NCBI GenBank assembly: GCA_018823045.1 | Contig: JAHJIX010000017.1 | Span: 1 to 50,299, forward strand | From: Patescibacteria group bacterium | GTDB lineage: Bacteria > Patescibacteriota > Patescibacteriia > Magasanikbacterales > UBA922 | DNA length: 50,299 nucleotides | Direction: 5' to 3' | Part shown: piece after piece, positions 17,937-27,393 of the stretch | How the letters are laid out: each line of letters opens with the position of its first letter | How positions within the stretch are numbered: position 1 is the first letter of the stretch | Translations under genes and position numbers: made by a program | Notes under the pieces: generated by a model | What the model was told of the DNA's origin: nothing | The model's database searches: none | What the model saw: only the letters and a program-made list of their open reading frames with translations

Positions 17937-19196
17937 TTATCGTTGTAAATAAGTTGGATGAGTATTGTCTGTTGGATTTTGACTTAATCTCACCGGAGAA
18001 ATTTCTCGTAATTTCTCAACAATCGCTGGTAAATACGTTAACACATAATCAATATCTTCTTTACTTGTTGATGCACCTAAAGTAAAACGGATGCTTCCAT
18101 GCGCATACTCATAAGGTAATCCACAAGCAAGTAACACATGTGACGGATCAAGTGATTCAGACGTACACGCTGACCCAGTTGAACACACGATACCGTATTC
18201 ATCTAAGTATAAGAGCAAGGCTTCACCCTCTATATCTAAAATAGAAATATTTAAATTGTTTGGTAAACGAACATCAACTCCATCAAGCTCAGGTCCATTT
18301 AAACGAATTTTTGAAATACGTTTTTGTAACTCTTTCCAAAAATATGCGCGTAACTCAATCAAGCGAGTATTTTCTTCTACACGCTTTTTTTGCGCCAAAT
18401 CAAAGGCTTTCGCAAAACCAATAATTCCTGGCATATGCTCAGTCCCCGCACGCATACGAAACTCTTGTGCACCACCCACAATTAATGGTTGGATTGCAAA
18501 ACCACGTCGTTTATACAGCACACCAATACCTTTTGGGCCATATAGTTTACTGCCATTCATGGTCAATAAATCAACATGCAATTTTTCTACATTAAGATCG
18601 AGTACTCCTGCTGCTTGGCAGGCATCTGTATGGAAGTATGGATAAACCGTTCCTTCTGCTTTTCGCCATTTTAAAATCTCTCGCCCAATGTCTGCAATTG
18701 GTTCTACTGTTCCAATTTCATTATTTGCATACATAATACTGACCAAAATCGTATCTGGTCGAAGTGCTTCTTTTACTTGCGTAGCAGAAACAAGACCCGT
18801 TTCATCAGGTCGCAAATATGTTACCTCAAATCCTTCTTTTTCTAATTGCTCACATGCATGGAGTACCGCATGATGCTCTACTTCTGACGTAATAATATGT
18901 TTTCCTTTGTGTGCATGTTTTTTTGCTACACCAAAAATAGCCATATTATCTGACTCTGTCCCTCCACTACAAAAGATAATGCTGTCTGCCTGTGTGCCTA
19001 AATAGCCTGCAATCATTTTGCGCGCTTGATCAACAGCATTTTTGACCTCTCGCCCAATATGGTATAATGCAGAAGGATTCCCAAAGTGTTCTGTAAAATA
19101 TGGGAGCATCGCATCAAGCACTTCTTTATGCACAGGTGTCGTCGCTGCATGATCAAGATAGACCAATCGTTTATCTGTCGGTTTTATTGGAAACAT
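17937..19196 (-). CDS. iscS: cysteine desulfurase (IscS/NifS, group I)
   Basis: YLDHAATT, SGGTESDN, HTDACQ, NGSKLYGPKG (PLP Lys), STGSACTS. Confidence 0.96.
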   Translation of the reverse strand: MFPIKPTDKRLVYLDHAATTPVHKEVLDAMLPYFTEHFGNPSALYHIGREVKNAVDQARKMIAGYLGTQADSIIFCSGGTESDNMAIFGVAKKHAHKGKHIITSEVEHHAVLHACEQLEKEGFEVTYLRPDETGLVSATQVKEALRPDTILVSIMYANNEIGTVEPIADIGREILKWRKAEGTVYPYFHTDACQAAGVLDLNVEKLHVDLLTMNGSKLYGPKGIGVLYKRRGFAIQPLIVGGAQEFRMRAGTEHMPGIIGFAKAFDLAQKKRVEENTRLIELRAYFWKELQKRISKIRLNGPELDGVDVRLPNNLNISILDIEGEALLLYLDEYGIVCSTGSACTSESLDPSHVLLACGLPYEYAHGSIRFTLGASTSKEDIDYVLTYLPAIVEKLREISPVRLSQNPTDNTHPTYLQR

Positions 19197-19602
19197 ATAA
19201 TGTAATAATAGTATCTAGTGTAGATTTTTGCATAAAATCACGTAAATCGTGCTGTAATACCATAAAAAAATCTTGTGATGCACAAAGTTTTTCACGTGGA
19301 CAATCAAATGCCGGATCACGTAAGCAAGATGTTGGCCCATATGGTCCTTCAATTGCTTCATAAATTTCTAAAAATGTAATATCTTTTGGATCTTTTACTA
19401 ATGAATAGCCACCATGTGCCCCTTTTGTGGCTTGTATCAACTTTGCTTTCTTTAATAATGAAGCAATTCGTTGCAAAAATAAAAATGACATGTTATGCTT
19501 TTCAGTGAATTGTCTTAAACTTAATTGTTCTTTTGGCGCAACTAAAGATAATGCAACGAGAAATTGCACACCGTAATCGACTTGTTTGTTGAGACAGATC
19601 AT
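19171..19602 (-). CDS. Rrf2 family transcriptional regulator (IscR-like)
   Basis: wHTH with KGAHGGYSL and three C-terminal Cys; start moved to 19602. Confidence 0.88.
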   Translation of the reverse strand: MICLNKQVDYGVQFLVALSLVAPKEQLSLRQFTEKHNMSFLFLQRIASLLKKAKLIQATKGAHGGYSLVKDPKDITFLEIYEAIEGPYGPTSCLRDPAFDCPREKLCASQDFFMVLQHDLRDFMQKSTLDTIITLYVSNKTDR

Positions 19603-19617
19603 AATAAAAACATAAAA

Positions 19618-19662
19618 ATCATACCTATATGGTATGATATATGATATTCCCCTATTTGTCAA
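19618..19662 (-). promoter_or_regulatory. promoter of the rrf2-iscS operon with overlapping palindromic operator
   Basis: Minus-strand TTGACA (19662-19657)-N17-TATCAT (19639-19634); ATCATACC-TATAT-GGTATGAT at 19618-19638. Confidence 0.6.
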
Positions 19663-19669
19663 GAAATAT

Positions 19670-20350
19670 ATGAATAATAATACGACAATTATTTTAAAAA
19701 AACACTTCCTCTGCCCAGACCTTATTGAGCTTCATATTCAAAAACCAACTGACTTCACCTTTTTAGCAGGACAATTTGTTCAATTTATGATCCCTGATGG
19801 CGAAAACACCGCTCCACGATCATATTCTATTACCTCTCCCCCATCACAACATGAACTTGTTTTTGTTATTAAACTCATTCCTGGTGGCAAAGCAGGAGAA
19901 TATTTAAAAACTATTGAAGTTGGTGATTCACTCGATATCCGTGGCCCACTTGGTCATTTTGTGCATAAAGAGCCTAGCTCAATGACTTGTATTGCAACGG
20001 GTGTTGGTATTACACCGATTATGAGCTTAATTGAAGATGAACTCGTCACAAAAAAGACAAATACTCCGATTCGCCTCATTTTTGGCTTCCGACACGCAGA
20101 AAATATATTTTGGATAGAAAAATTGGACAAATTAACAAAACAATATAGCAACTTTTCATATACCCTTACCCTCTCTCAAGCAGATGATGCATGGACTGGT
20201 GCACGTGGTCGTGTGACAGAACATTTACCAGAAGTAGATGAATCTGAACATATCTATATTTGTGGTAATCCACATATGGTAAAAGATGTCCGAGATAGAT
20301 ATCTTGAACAAGGAGTTGAAAGTAAGCAGGTGCATTTTGAGATTTTTTAA
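19670..20350 (+). CDS. FAD/NAD(P)-binding ferredoxin reductase-type oxidoreductase
   Basis: GQFVQF, RSYSITS, GPLGHF, ATGVGITP, YICGNPHMV, HFEIF; start moved to 19670. Confidence 0.9.
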   Translation: MNNNTTIILKKHFLCPDLIELHIQKPTDFTFLAGQFVQFMIPDGENTAPRSYSITSPPSQHELVFVIKLIPGGKAGEYLKTIEVGDSLDIRGPLGHFVHKEPSSMTCIATGVGITPIMSLIEDELVTKKTNTPIRLIFGFRHAENIFWIEKLDKLTKQYSNFSYTLTLSQADDAWTGARGRVTEHLPEVDESEHIYICGNPHMVKDVRDRYLEQGVESKQVHFEIF

Positions 20351-20446
20351 ATTTTATTTAAATAACACCTAATCACACTTGACAAAACGTGTGATTTTTG
20401 GTATATAAAAGACTCAACAAACCGTTCCTTGAAAGGAAAAAACTAC

Positions 20447-20890
20447 ATGCAAATGACACGAGATAAATTGAAAAGAATTTTCATATTTATCCGTATAATA
20501 GGTATGATACTTTTCATGGTATATATGGTATGGAGCTACCTGACAGGGTATACTTTTAACAAAAGAGACTTCATCATCTTTTGGACAAAAGGAACTCCAC
20601 AATACTTTATGGTTGGATATACACAAACTGCCTTATATATCCTTATTGCGATCTTTTTGGGATCATGGTTATATGTACGGTATGTAAAAAAAGAAAAAAA
20701 CAAATATAACTATTTGTTATGGATATTTGTCCTGATGTTCTTTGCACTATTTCCTATCAATCTATGGCTTATTAAAAGCTATTGGATAAAAGAAACACTC
20801 ATTATTGAATTTCACAAGTTTTTATTTTTACTTATGATATTCAATATATACTTTGCAACAAAAAAACTAAAAAAGGAGCATGTCCATTGA
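20447..20890 (+). CDS. hypothetical membrane protein
   Basis: Four hydrophobic segments; TTGACA promoter candidate upstream. Confidence 0.6.
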   Translation: MQMTRDKLKRIFIFIRIIGMILFMVYMVWSYLTGYTFNKRDFIIFWTKGTPQYFMVGYTQTALYILIAIFLGSWLYVRYVKKEKNKYNYLLWIFVLMFFALFPINLWLIKSYWIKETLIIEFHKFLFLLMIFNIYFATKKLKKEHVH

Positions 20891-21087
20891 AAACTAAATA
20901 CACCTGGGAGGAAATTCTCTCCCTGCAAAACAAAGCTCAACTCACCAACGTGGAGTTAGCTTGCCTGCGAAGAAAATTGAAAATGGAGGAAGACCCCGAA
21001 AACACACGTCCTGAACAGACGCCTATGGAATTTCTCCATACATTGTTGAGTGCAACAATGAAATTGAATGAAGCTGAGAAAAAATAA
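20887..21087 (+). CDS. hypothetical protein
   Basis: 66-aa TTG-start ORF overlapping the previous stop codon by 4 nt. Confidence 0.45.
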   Translation: MKTKYTWEEILSLQNKAQLTNVELACLRRKLKMEEDPENTRPEQTPMEFLHTLLSATMKLNEAEKK

Positions 21088-21161
21088 CTAAATTTCTTTT
21101 TGAAACAATTTTTTTGGGCAGGAACGATACGCCTAGTAGGTCATATACCGAACGGCGTTTT

Positions 21162-22412
21162 TTAATTTAACAACTTCCCTTGCCCTTCATCTATTTCTTC
21201 ATCATCTTCACCTGGTAACTCAAGAGCATCAACGGTTGGCAAACTCACTCCCATGATTCCCTGTAAATCACCATACATCCCTGACGTATTCATAATTACT
21301 CGCTCAATTTCTTTTTCTCGTTTACTCCAAATACGCTGCATAGAGCGTTTTTCTGTTTCAAGTCCTTCTTTCATACTTGCAAAAGCAGAAACAATATTTT
21401 CTATCTTATTTCGAAATTCATTTCCACGTAAATAATCATACACATATTCCATTTTTTGATCTTTTCCTACCAAAGATTGCTTTGCTTGATTTAATTCTCG
21501 TAAATGCAAGCGCACAGTCGCCACAAGAGCCAATGCAAATTTATAATGACACACCCACACACCATCTTTAAATGCAAAGGTTTCAACATCTGCTGGAAGC
21601 GATTGAGAAACCAAAATACAAACATCCGCTTTTATAACCGCTTGATCATCTTTTAATTTTTTAATCCAATTATTACTCCACACTTTGGTATTTTTTGACT
21701 CCCACAAAATAACTCCCAAATGTTGCCCAAATGAAGCTTCAACATGTTGCACTAAATCAGCCCCACGTACTCCAGTCGGGACATCTTCAATACCATCCAT
21801 AGGAAAATGCTGCTGTAATAGCATTTTTAAATCATTTTCTTGCACATCTCCTTGAATTTGCATTGAGCCTTGTTCGCTTTTCCTTTTCAGGTCTTCAATT
21901 GTTGAGCGCATCTGCTCCATTTGCTTATCTTTTTCTGCAATTTTTAAACGACTTTCTTCAGAGGCTTCTTCTTTTACCTGCTTTGAAATCTTTTCTCTCT
22001 CTTCATCAAGTTGTCGTTGTAATTCAAATTTTAAACTTTTTTCTTTTTCTTCAATTTCTCGTTTTTGTTTTCGCAATTCCAACTCTTGCACTTGCATATT
22101 GCGTATTTTTTCTTCTTTCTCTTGATTTATTTTTTGTAGATCTTGCAATTCAAGCCCAATCTTTTCTTGTGCTTTTTCTTGCGCAAGTACCCACATTTTT
22201 TCTTTTTCTTTTTGTAATTTTTCTTGAACCGATTGTTCAATTTCTTGTGATTGTTTTTGAAGCGCTTGTTTTTGATATTGTACTTCTGCTAATTGCTTAT
22301 CTATATCTTTTCGTAATTCTATTTCTAATTGTGTACTAATTTGCTTGGTCAACGCTTCAGACAATGGAATACTCGAACTACAACTCGGACAAATAATGTG
22401 TTGATCTGACAT
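21162..22412 (-). CDS. DUF2130 family coiled-coil protein
   Basis: N-terminal CPSC, long coiled coil, SEQGSMQIQG, ILWESKNTK, SGMYGDLQGI. Confidence 0.85.
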   Translation of the reverse strand: MSDQHIICPSCSSSIPLSEALTKQISTQLEIELRKDIDKQLAEVQYQKQALQKQSQEIEQSVQEKLQKEKEKMWVLAQEKAQEKIGLELQDLQKINQEKEEKIRNMQVQELELRKQKREIEEKEKSLKFELQRQLDEEREKISKQVKEEASEESRLKIAEKDKQMEQMRSTIEDLKRKSEQGSMQIQGDVQENDLKMLLQQHFPMDGIEDVPTGVRGADLVQHVEASFGQHLGVILWESKNTKVWSNNWIKKLKDDQAVIKADVCILVSQSLPADVETFAFKDGVWVCHYKFALALVATVRLHLRELNQAKQSLVGKDQKMEYVYDYLRGNEFRNKIENIVSAFASMKEGLETEKRSMQRIWSKREKEIERVIMNTSGMYGDLQGIMGVSLPTVDALELPGEDDEEIDEGQGKLLN

Positions 22413-22419
22413 ATGTTTT

Positions 22420-23385
22420 TTATTTATAACGTCTTCCCATTCCTTCTCTTTTTGGTAATTGAGATAATTCCGGGTAACTCCTTTCTATTTGTTGTTCTAC
22501 TCTCTCTAATTCTTTATCAATCTCTTTTTTCATAGCCTCTTTCAATCCTTTTTGTACATAATCCACAACAAGCTCTCGATATCTTTCATTTCTAACACCT
22601 GGTAAAAAATATTGATTTAATGTATCTTGATATCTTTTGAGATGATATTCATATTCACCATGTTCTTCAAAGTCAGAGTCCAAAATATATTGGATATCTT
22701 CTCTTACAATATCTTGAAAGTCTTGTAATAATTGTTCTTCAGAAAAATATTCTTTTTCTATTGAAATATCTGCTCGGTGTTCCCGTATGAAACTTAAAAT
22801 TTGTTCTAAATTTTTTGAAGAAAAAGCTATCCCAAAAAATCTTTGCCCTCTATGAAATGTGTCTTGATCGTATAATTCACAAAAAAAAGCTCCTTCCATT
22901 TGCTCAGCAAGTTTGTGTGCACGTTTTCGTCTTTCTATATTATCTGGTGCACGAAAAAAAGTACCACCCTCACCATCAAATAAATGCCATGATTCTTCTG
23001 TACCAAACGGAATAAAACCTTCATACTGTTTCATAAATTCTTCTGATACTTGTTTACCCTCGACAATAAAAGCTCTTCTATATCTTCTATCTGCAGGTAC
23101 AGCCATATTTAATTCATATTCAGTTGCCTTCATTAAAATAAATCCTGGTAATTGATACTCAGACAAATTTCTTTCCATAGCAAGAATATCAAAGTTCACA
23201 TCTTGAGAATTTTTTCCAAGATCTTCACCTAATTTACGTAACTGTCTATGGATTTCATCCCGTTCTGTATCAATTGCGTGAATTAAACGTGGAGTTGCAT
23301 GGGGATCTTTTTGTAAATCACGTACTTCTTTCCACTTTCTTTTATATTCTTTTAATTTTTCTTTATATTGTTCTTCTATACTCAT
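22420..23385 (-). CDS. hypothetical protein
   Basis: 321-aa ORF, charged helical termini, tightly packed with its neighbours. Confidence 0.7.
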   Translation of the reverse strand: MSIEEQYKEKLKEYKRKWKEVRDLQKDPHATPRLIHAIDTERDEIHRQLRKLGEDLGKNSQDVNFDILAMERNLSEYQLPGFILMKATEYELNMAVPADRRYRRAFIVEGKQVSEEFMKQYEGFIPFGTEESWHLFDGEGGTFFRAPDNIERRKRAHKLAEQMEGAFFCELYDQDTFHRGQRFFGIAFSSKNLEQILSFIREHRADISIEKEYFSEEQLLQDFQDIVREDIQYILDSDFEEHGEYEYHLKRYQDTLNQYFLPGVRNERYRELVVDYVQKGLKEAMKKEIDKELERVEQQIERSYPELSQLPKREGMGRRYK

Positions 23386-23393
23386 ATATACAT

Positions 23394-23846
23394 CTATTTA
23401 ATCCACCAATAAATACCTACAAAAATAATAAACAACACGATCCAAAGACCTTTTTTGTTTTTTCCAACACTGCCAATACTATTTCCAGCAAGTGTTTCAG
23501 ACATGGCAATAATTTTTCCTGTTACTTTATCTTCATAAAAAGTATACGTACCATCTTCATTTGCTTTTCTTTCACTTTTTGAGGTCAAATCTCCTGGAAT
23601 ATCATGAAAAATACCGTCTTTAATAAATCCATAAATAAAACTCCCTGTATAGTGATGACAAATATGTTTTTTCTTTTCTTCTCTTGTTTCTTTAATTTTT
23701 ACTGGTTCAACATCAAAAGTCATACCATCTGACTCAAAGTCTGCTTGTTCTTCTCGTAAAGCCTCTTGCATTTCAGAAGAAAAATTTGACAAATCAGTTT
23801 TGCTTGGATTTTTAAAATAGTTAATGTACTGTTGTAAGTAATTCAT
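23394..23846 (-). CDS. hypothetical protein with C-terminal membrane anchor
   Basis: 150 aa; C-terminal LWIVLFIIFVGIYWW. Confidence 0.65.
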   Translation of the reverse strand: MNYLQQYINYFKNPSKTDLSNFSSEMQEALREEQADFESDGMTFDVEPVKIKETREEKKKHICHHYTGSFIYGFIKDGIFHDIPGDLTSKSERKANEDGTYTFYEDKVTGKIIAMSETLAGNSIGSVGKNKKGLWIVLFIIFVGIYWWIK

Positions 23847-24128
23847 ATATATTTATTTTAAATATAAGTGTATTTGGAGTATACTGATTTTCAAACAAAA
23901 GAACAAGGCTTGTGGGATTGACAAATATGGATATTTTCCATTAAGATAACACAGTATACGCTCTTCACCAAAAACTACTCCTCAAACAAATGTTCACTCA
24001 CCCATGCCTCACACACAGAGAACGATATTATTTTTCAAAAAAATAGAAAAAAATGATCTCTTTTTGATCTCGCATAGAGATATTATACAAGTTCTAAAAC
24101 CCGTACTAAGTACGGATTCAATTTTTAT

Positions 24129-25418
24129 TTATGTATTTCCAAATAATTTTACTCGTTCATCCATAATAATGCTTGATTTGCACATACGTTTTTTTAATAC
24201 AAGCCCTTCCAACGAAGTACAACGACTCAACGCAACATAAGTTTGCCCATGAGCAAAACTACCTCGCCCTAAATCAATAATGACTTTTTCAAATGTTTTT
24301 CCTTGGCTTTTATGAATCGTAATTGCCCAAGCAAGTTTAAGCGGAATTTGCGTAAATGTTCCCATAATTTCACGCTCAAATTTGCCGTCTTCAAACAAAT
24401 AACGAGAAATTTCCCATGTATGTGCATGTACTTTTACCACAGTATTATCTGTTTTTTCTACAAAAACGGTATCTCTTTTTATATCAACAATTGTTCCAAT
24501 CGTTCCATTCACCCAACGTCTTTCTGGATCATTTAAAATAAACATGATCTGAGCCCCTACTTTTAAAGTAATTTGTTCATCATTAGGGTAAAGATTTCTC
24601 GCAATATCTCCAGTTTGCCCAGATAAAAAATTCTTTTCTGGTGCATCAAGTTTTTCCAGTCGTTTTTCATTTACTGCCCGTGCACTAGCATTTGTTGTCA
24701 TGAGATAAATATATTTTTCATGATCTTCTGGAACAAAATTTGGATCAAAACGAGTATTTAATAATTCCAAATCTTTATGATTTACAGAATTATCTCGCAC
24801 GGCATTTAGCATATCAATAAATGTACAATCTGTTTGTCTATAAATTTCCTTGAGTTCAATAATATCCATTTCAAATTTCGTTCCAAACAAATCATTTTTA
24901 TCTCGCAATGCCTCTGCACCAAAAAAGTATGGAACAGTATATTCAGAAAAGAATTTATCTCTCTCATGTGGAGTAACCACTGGTGGCAATTGATATAAAT
25001 CGCCAAAAAAGACCATCTGTACTCCACCAAATGGTTGTTCTGTCTTTCGAGCACGCCTAAGCACAATGTCAATTGCATCAAGCAGATCAGCACGCACCAT
25101 AGAAATCTCATCAATAGCAATGGTTTCTATTTTCTGAAACTTTTTTTGCTTTTTTTCATCTAAACGCATTTTTTCTGCTTCAGCCTTTTCAAACCCAGGT
25201 TTTAAGGTAAAAAAGGAATGAATCGTATCTCCATTGATATTAATCGCAGAAATTCCTGTTGGTGCAAGTAAAATCGTTTTTTTTGACGTATTGTCTCGAA
25301 TATACTCTAACAACGTTGACTTCCCTGTCCCAGCCTTCCCAGTAATAAACACATTAGACTGGGTATCTTGTACTTTTCTTATCGCTTCTTGCGCTTCTGC
25401 TGAAAATTTCATGGGCAT
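24129..25418 (-). CDS. Pif1-like SF1B 5'-3' DNA helicase
   Basis: GKAGTGKST, APTGISA, TIHSFF, IDEISMV, GDLYQLPPV, YRQ, AWAITIHKSQG, YVALSR. Confidence 0.9.
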   Translation of the reverse strand: MPMKFSAEAQEAIRKVQDTQSNVFITGKAGTGKSTLLEYIRDNTSKKTILLAPTGISAININGDTIHSFFTLKPGFEKAEAEKMRLDEKKQKKFQKIETIAIDEISMVRADLLDAIDIVLRRARKTEQPFGGVQMVFFGDLYQLPPVVTPHERDKFFSEYTVPYFFGAEALRDKNDLFGTKFEMDIIELKEIYRQTDCTFIDMLNAVRDNSVNHKDLELLNTRFDPNFVPEDHEKYIYLMTTNASARAVNEKRLEKLDAPEKNFLSGQTGDIARNLYPNDEQITLKVGAQIMFILNDPERRWVNGTIGTIVDIKRDTVFVEKTDNTVVKVHAHTWEISRYLFEDGKFEREIMGTFTQIPLKLAWAITIHKSQGKTFEKVIIDLGRGSFAHGQTYVALSRCTSLEGLVLKKRMCKSSIIMDERVKLFGNT

Positions 25419-25488
25419 AATACTTGAAAAGCTTAGTAAATATGAGATGCCTGTATTATATCATTATTGCTAGATTAGACAAAATAAG

Positions 25489-26757
25489 CTATTTATTCTT
25501 TACAAACAACATATCCCATAAAATAAATAGAGAATATTTTGTTAATTTAAAGAAATATTTCACTTTTAATACTGTTCTTGTCAAGCTTTTCCTTCTATCT
25601 TTACTATCACAAAATTGGTCAAGAAATGTATCTTTTTCTGATGCAATAATATCATACATAGCATGAAATGTTCTATCTTTTTTCATTTGATTCCAAATCC
25701 ATCTATATCGAAGTTGCCGTTTGTAATATGATAAAAGACTGTTATAATTATTTAATTTTTTCTTTACAATATCTCCTATGATTACACTCTTTTCTCCCGC
25801 TAAATACTCTTCAATTATTGGCGCAGCTTCTTTTCCCGCGATAATTGCTCCTTTAATACCATCTGCCGCAAATGCTCCACAAAAACCAGCTGAATCACCA
25901 AGAAGTAAGGCGTTTTTATATGAAATATTTTTCAAAACACCTTCTATTGGAATAGTATTACCAAAAACTTCAATTGGTTTTGAATTATTAATCTTAATAA
26001 TCTTTTTCTCTTGTAAGATCTCAACAAATTTTTCTGTTAACTCTCTTGCTGTTTTTTTATCTTTATCTAATTTTGCAAGTCCCACACGAAAGGCTGGTTT
26101 TCCATTATGCTTTGTTGGAGAAAGCCACCCACCATAACCAAGTGAAAACTCCCCAAACCAAAAATGATAAATCGTTTCAGCAGCATTTTTACCCAAAAGT
26201 ACTTCTCCTTCAAATACTTCTTCATACCCAAAAAGAAAATCTTTTGTTTCTGACAAATGTAGATGTGTTTTAGCAACGGTCGATTTATTTCCATCTGCTC
26301 CAACCAAAAAATCACAAGAAATCTGTTTCTTTTCTCCATTTACCATAACAGAGATAGTGTCTACTGTACCATCATTATTTAGATGAAGATCTTTATATAC
26401 AGCTTTAAACAATACATCAATAGACTCTGGCAATGATCTACCAAATGCCTTCACAAGCGCTTTTGTATCTGTTTGATAAATCCAAGGTTCTTTTGTATAA
26501 GAAAAAAAGTGTTTATCATAATCTGGAGCTACCACACAGATAGATGAAATTTGGTTGGTAATATAGTTATCGACGTCAAAAAATTCTTGAAAAATCTTTC
26601 GAGTATGAGAAGTAATTAAACCAGTTGATTCAACTGAGCTACCAAAACATGGTTTTGCATCGAGAATAAGCACTGAATATTTTTCAGACAGATGCTTAAC
26701 CAGTGTAATCCCAGCAAAACTTCCTCCTACTATGATAATGTTATAATGTTTTTTCAT
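25489..26757 (-). CDS. FAD-dependent oxidoreductase (geranylgeranyl reductase family)
   Basis: GGSFAG Rossmann motif, LVGADG, GYGGW, LLGDSAG...GIKGAI. Confidence 0.8.
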   Translation of the reverse strand: MKKHYNIIIVGGSFAGITLVKHLSEKYSVLILDAKPCFGSSVESTGLITSHTRKIFQEFFDVDNYITNQISSICVVAPDYDKHFFSYTKEPWIYQTDTKALVKAFGRSLPESIDVLFKAVYKDLHLNNDGTVDTISVMVNGEKKQISCDFLVGADGNKSTVAKTHLHLSETKDFLFGYEEVFEGEVLLGKNAAETIYHFWFGEFSLGYGGWLSPTKHNGKPAFRVGLAKLDKDKKTARELTEKFVEILQEKKIIKINNSKPIEVFGNTIPIEGVLKNISYKNALLLGDSAGFCGAFAADGIKGAIIAGKEAAPIIEEYLAGEKSVIIGDIVKKKLNNYNSLLSYYKRQLRYRWIWNQMKKDRTFHAMYDIIASEKDTFLDQFCDSKDRRKSLTRTVLKVKYFFKLTKYSLFILWDMLFVKNK

Positions 26758-26776
26758 ATTATTCCTTTAATTCTTT

Positions 26777-27376
26777 TTACAAAAAAAATCCCCTAGAGAT
26801 ATTAAATGTCATATGAAGCATGTCGAGAAAATAAATATGCTTATTTTTATATCGAAGAATACCAAATAATACAAAACCACCTAGATAAAAAATGAGCACC
26901 ATATTCATAGGGAAAAATCCAATATGCCCGACAAAAAACATAAGTGTCGCAAGTACTGCAGCAAGCTTATATGACACAATTTTTTCAAGTAATGTCTGCA
27001 AAAAACCAAAAGCTAGTATATCTTGAGAAAATGATAATATAAAAAATGCTAGTCCCCACTGAAATATATACGCTGATGAACCCTGATAGGTCAAACAAAC
27101 GATAAAAAATAAAGCAATAGGAATAAGATATCCTAACAAATACCGTTTTTTTCTTATATGTAAAAAAGAAATTTGTTTAAAAATACATTTCCAGACAAAC
27201 AAACAGACCACAGTACAAATAAGCATTACCACACTTATTTGTACACTTTGCCAGGCAACTAACTCAGTATACCCAAAAATCTGCTGAATAAACTCATAGT
27301 TATAATGGTTCCAAATAAAAAGCCATGTGCCTAATAAAACAAGTACTTTTATTATCGTTAAAATATTTTTTTTCAT
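26777..27376 (-). CDS. CPBP/Abi family intramembrane protease-like protein
   Basis: Multi-TM; QDILAFGFLQ (degenerate EExxxR), FFVGH, HMTFN. Confidence 0.6.
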   Translation of the reverse strand: MKKNILTIIKVLVLLGTWLFIWNHYNYEFIQQIFGYTELVAWQSVQISVVMLICTVVCLFVWKCIFKQISFLHIRKKRYLLGYLIPIALFFIVCLTYQGSSAYIFQWGLAFFILSFSQDILAFGFLQTLLEKIVSYKLAAVLATLMFFVGHIGFFPMNMVLIFYLGGFVLFGILRYKNKHIYFLDMLHMTFNISRGFFL

Positions 27377-27393
27377 ACAAATACTATTTTTAT

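Noticed and set aside
21115-21165. ACGCC...GGCGT hairpin with T tract between convergent genes
   Set aside because: Adequately explained as a weak terminator; single copy.
25489-26795. Apparent similarity between the 3' ends of the CPBP and GGR genes as a third tail duplication
   Set aside because: Low-complexity T/A runs, different reading outcome and gapped alignment; likely chance.
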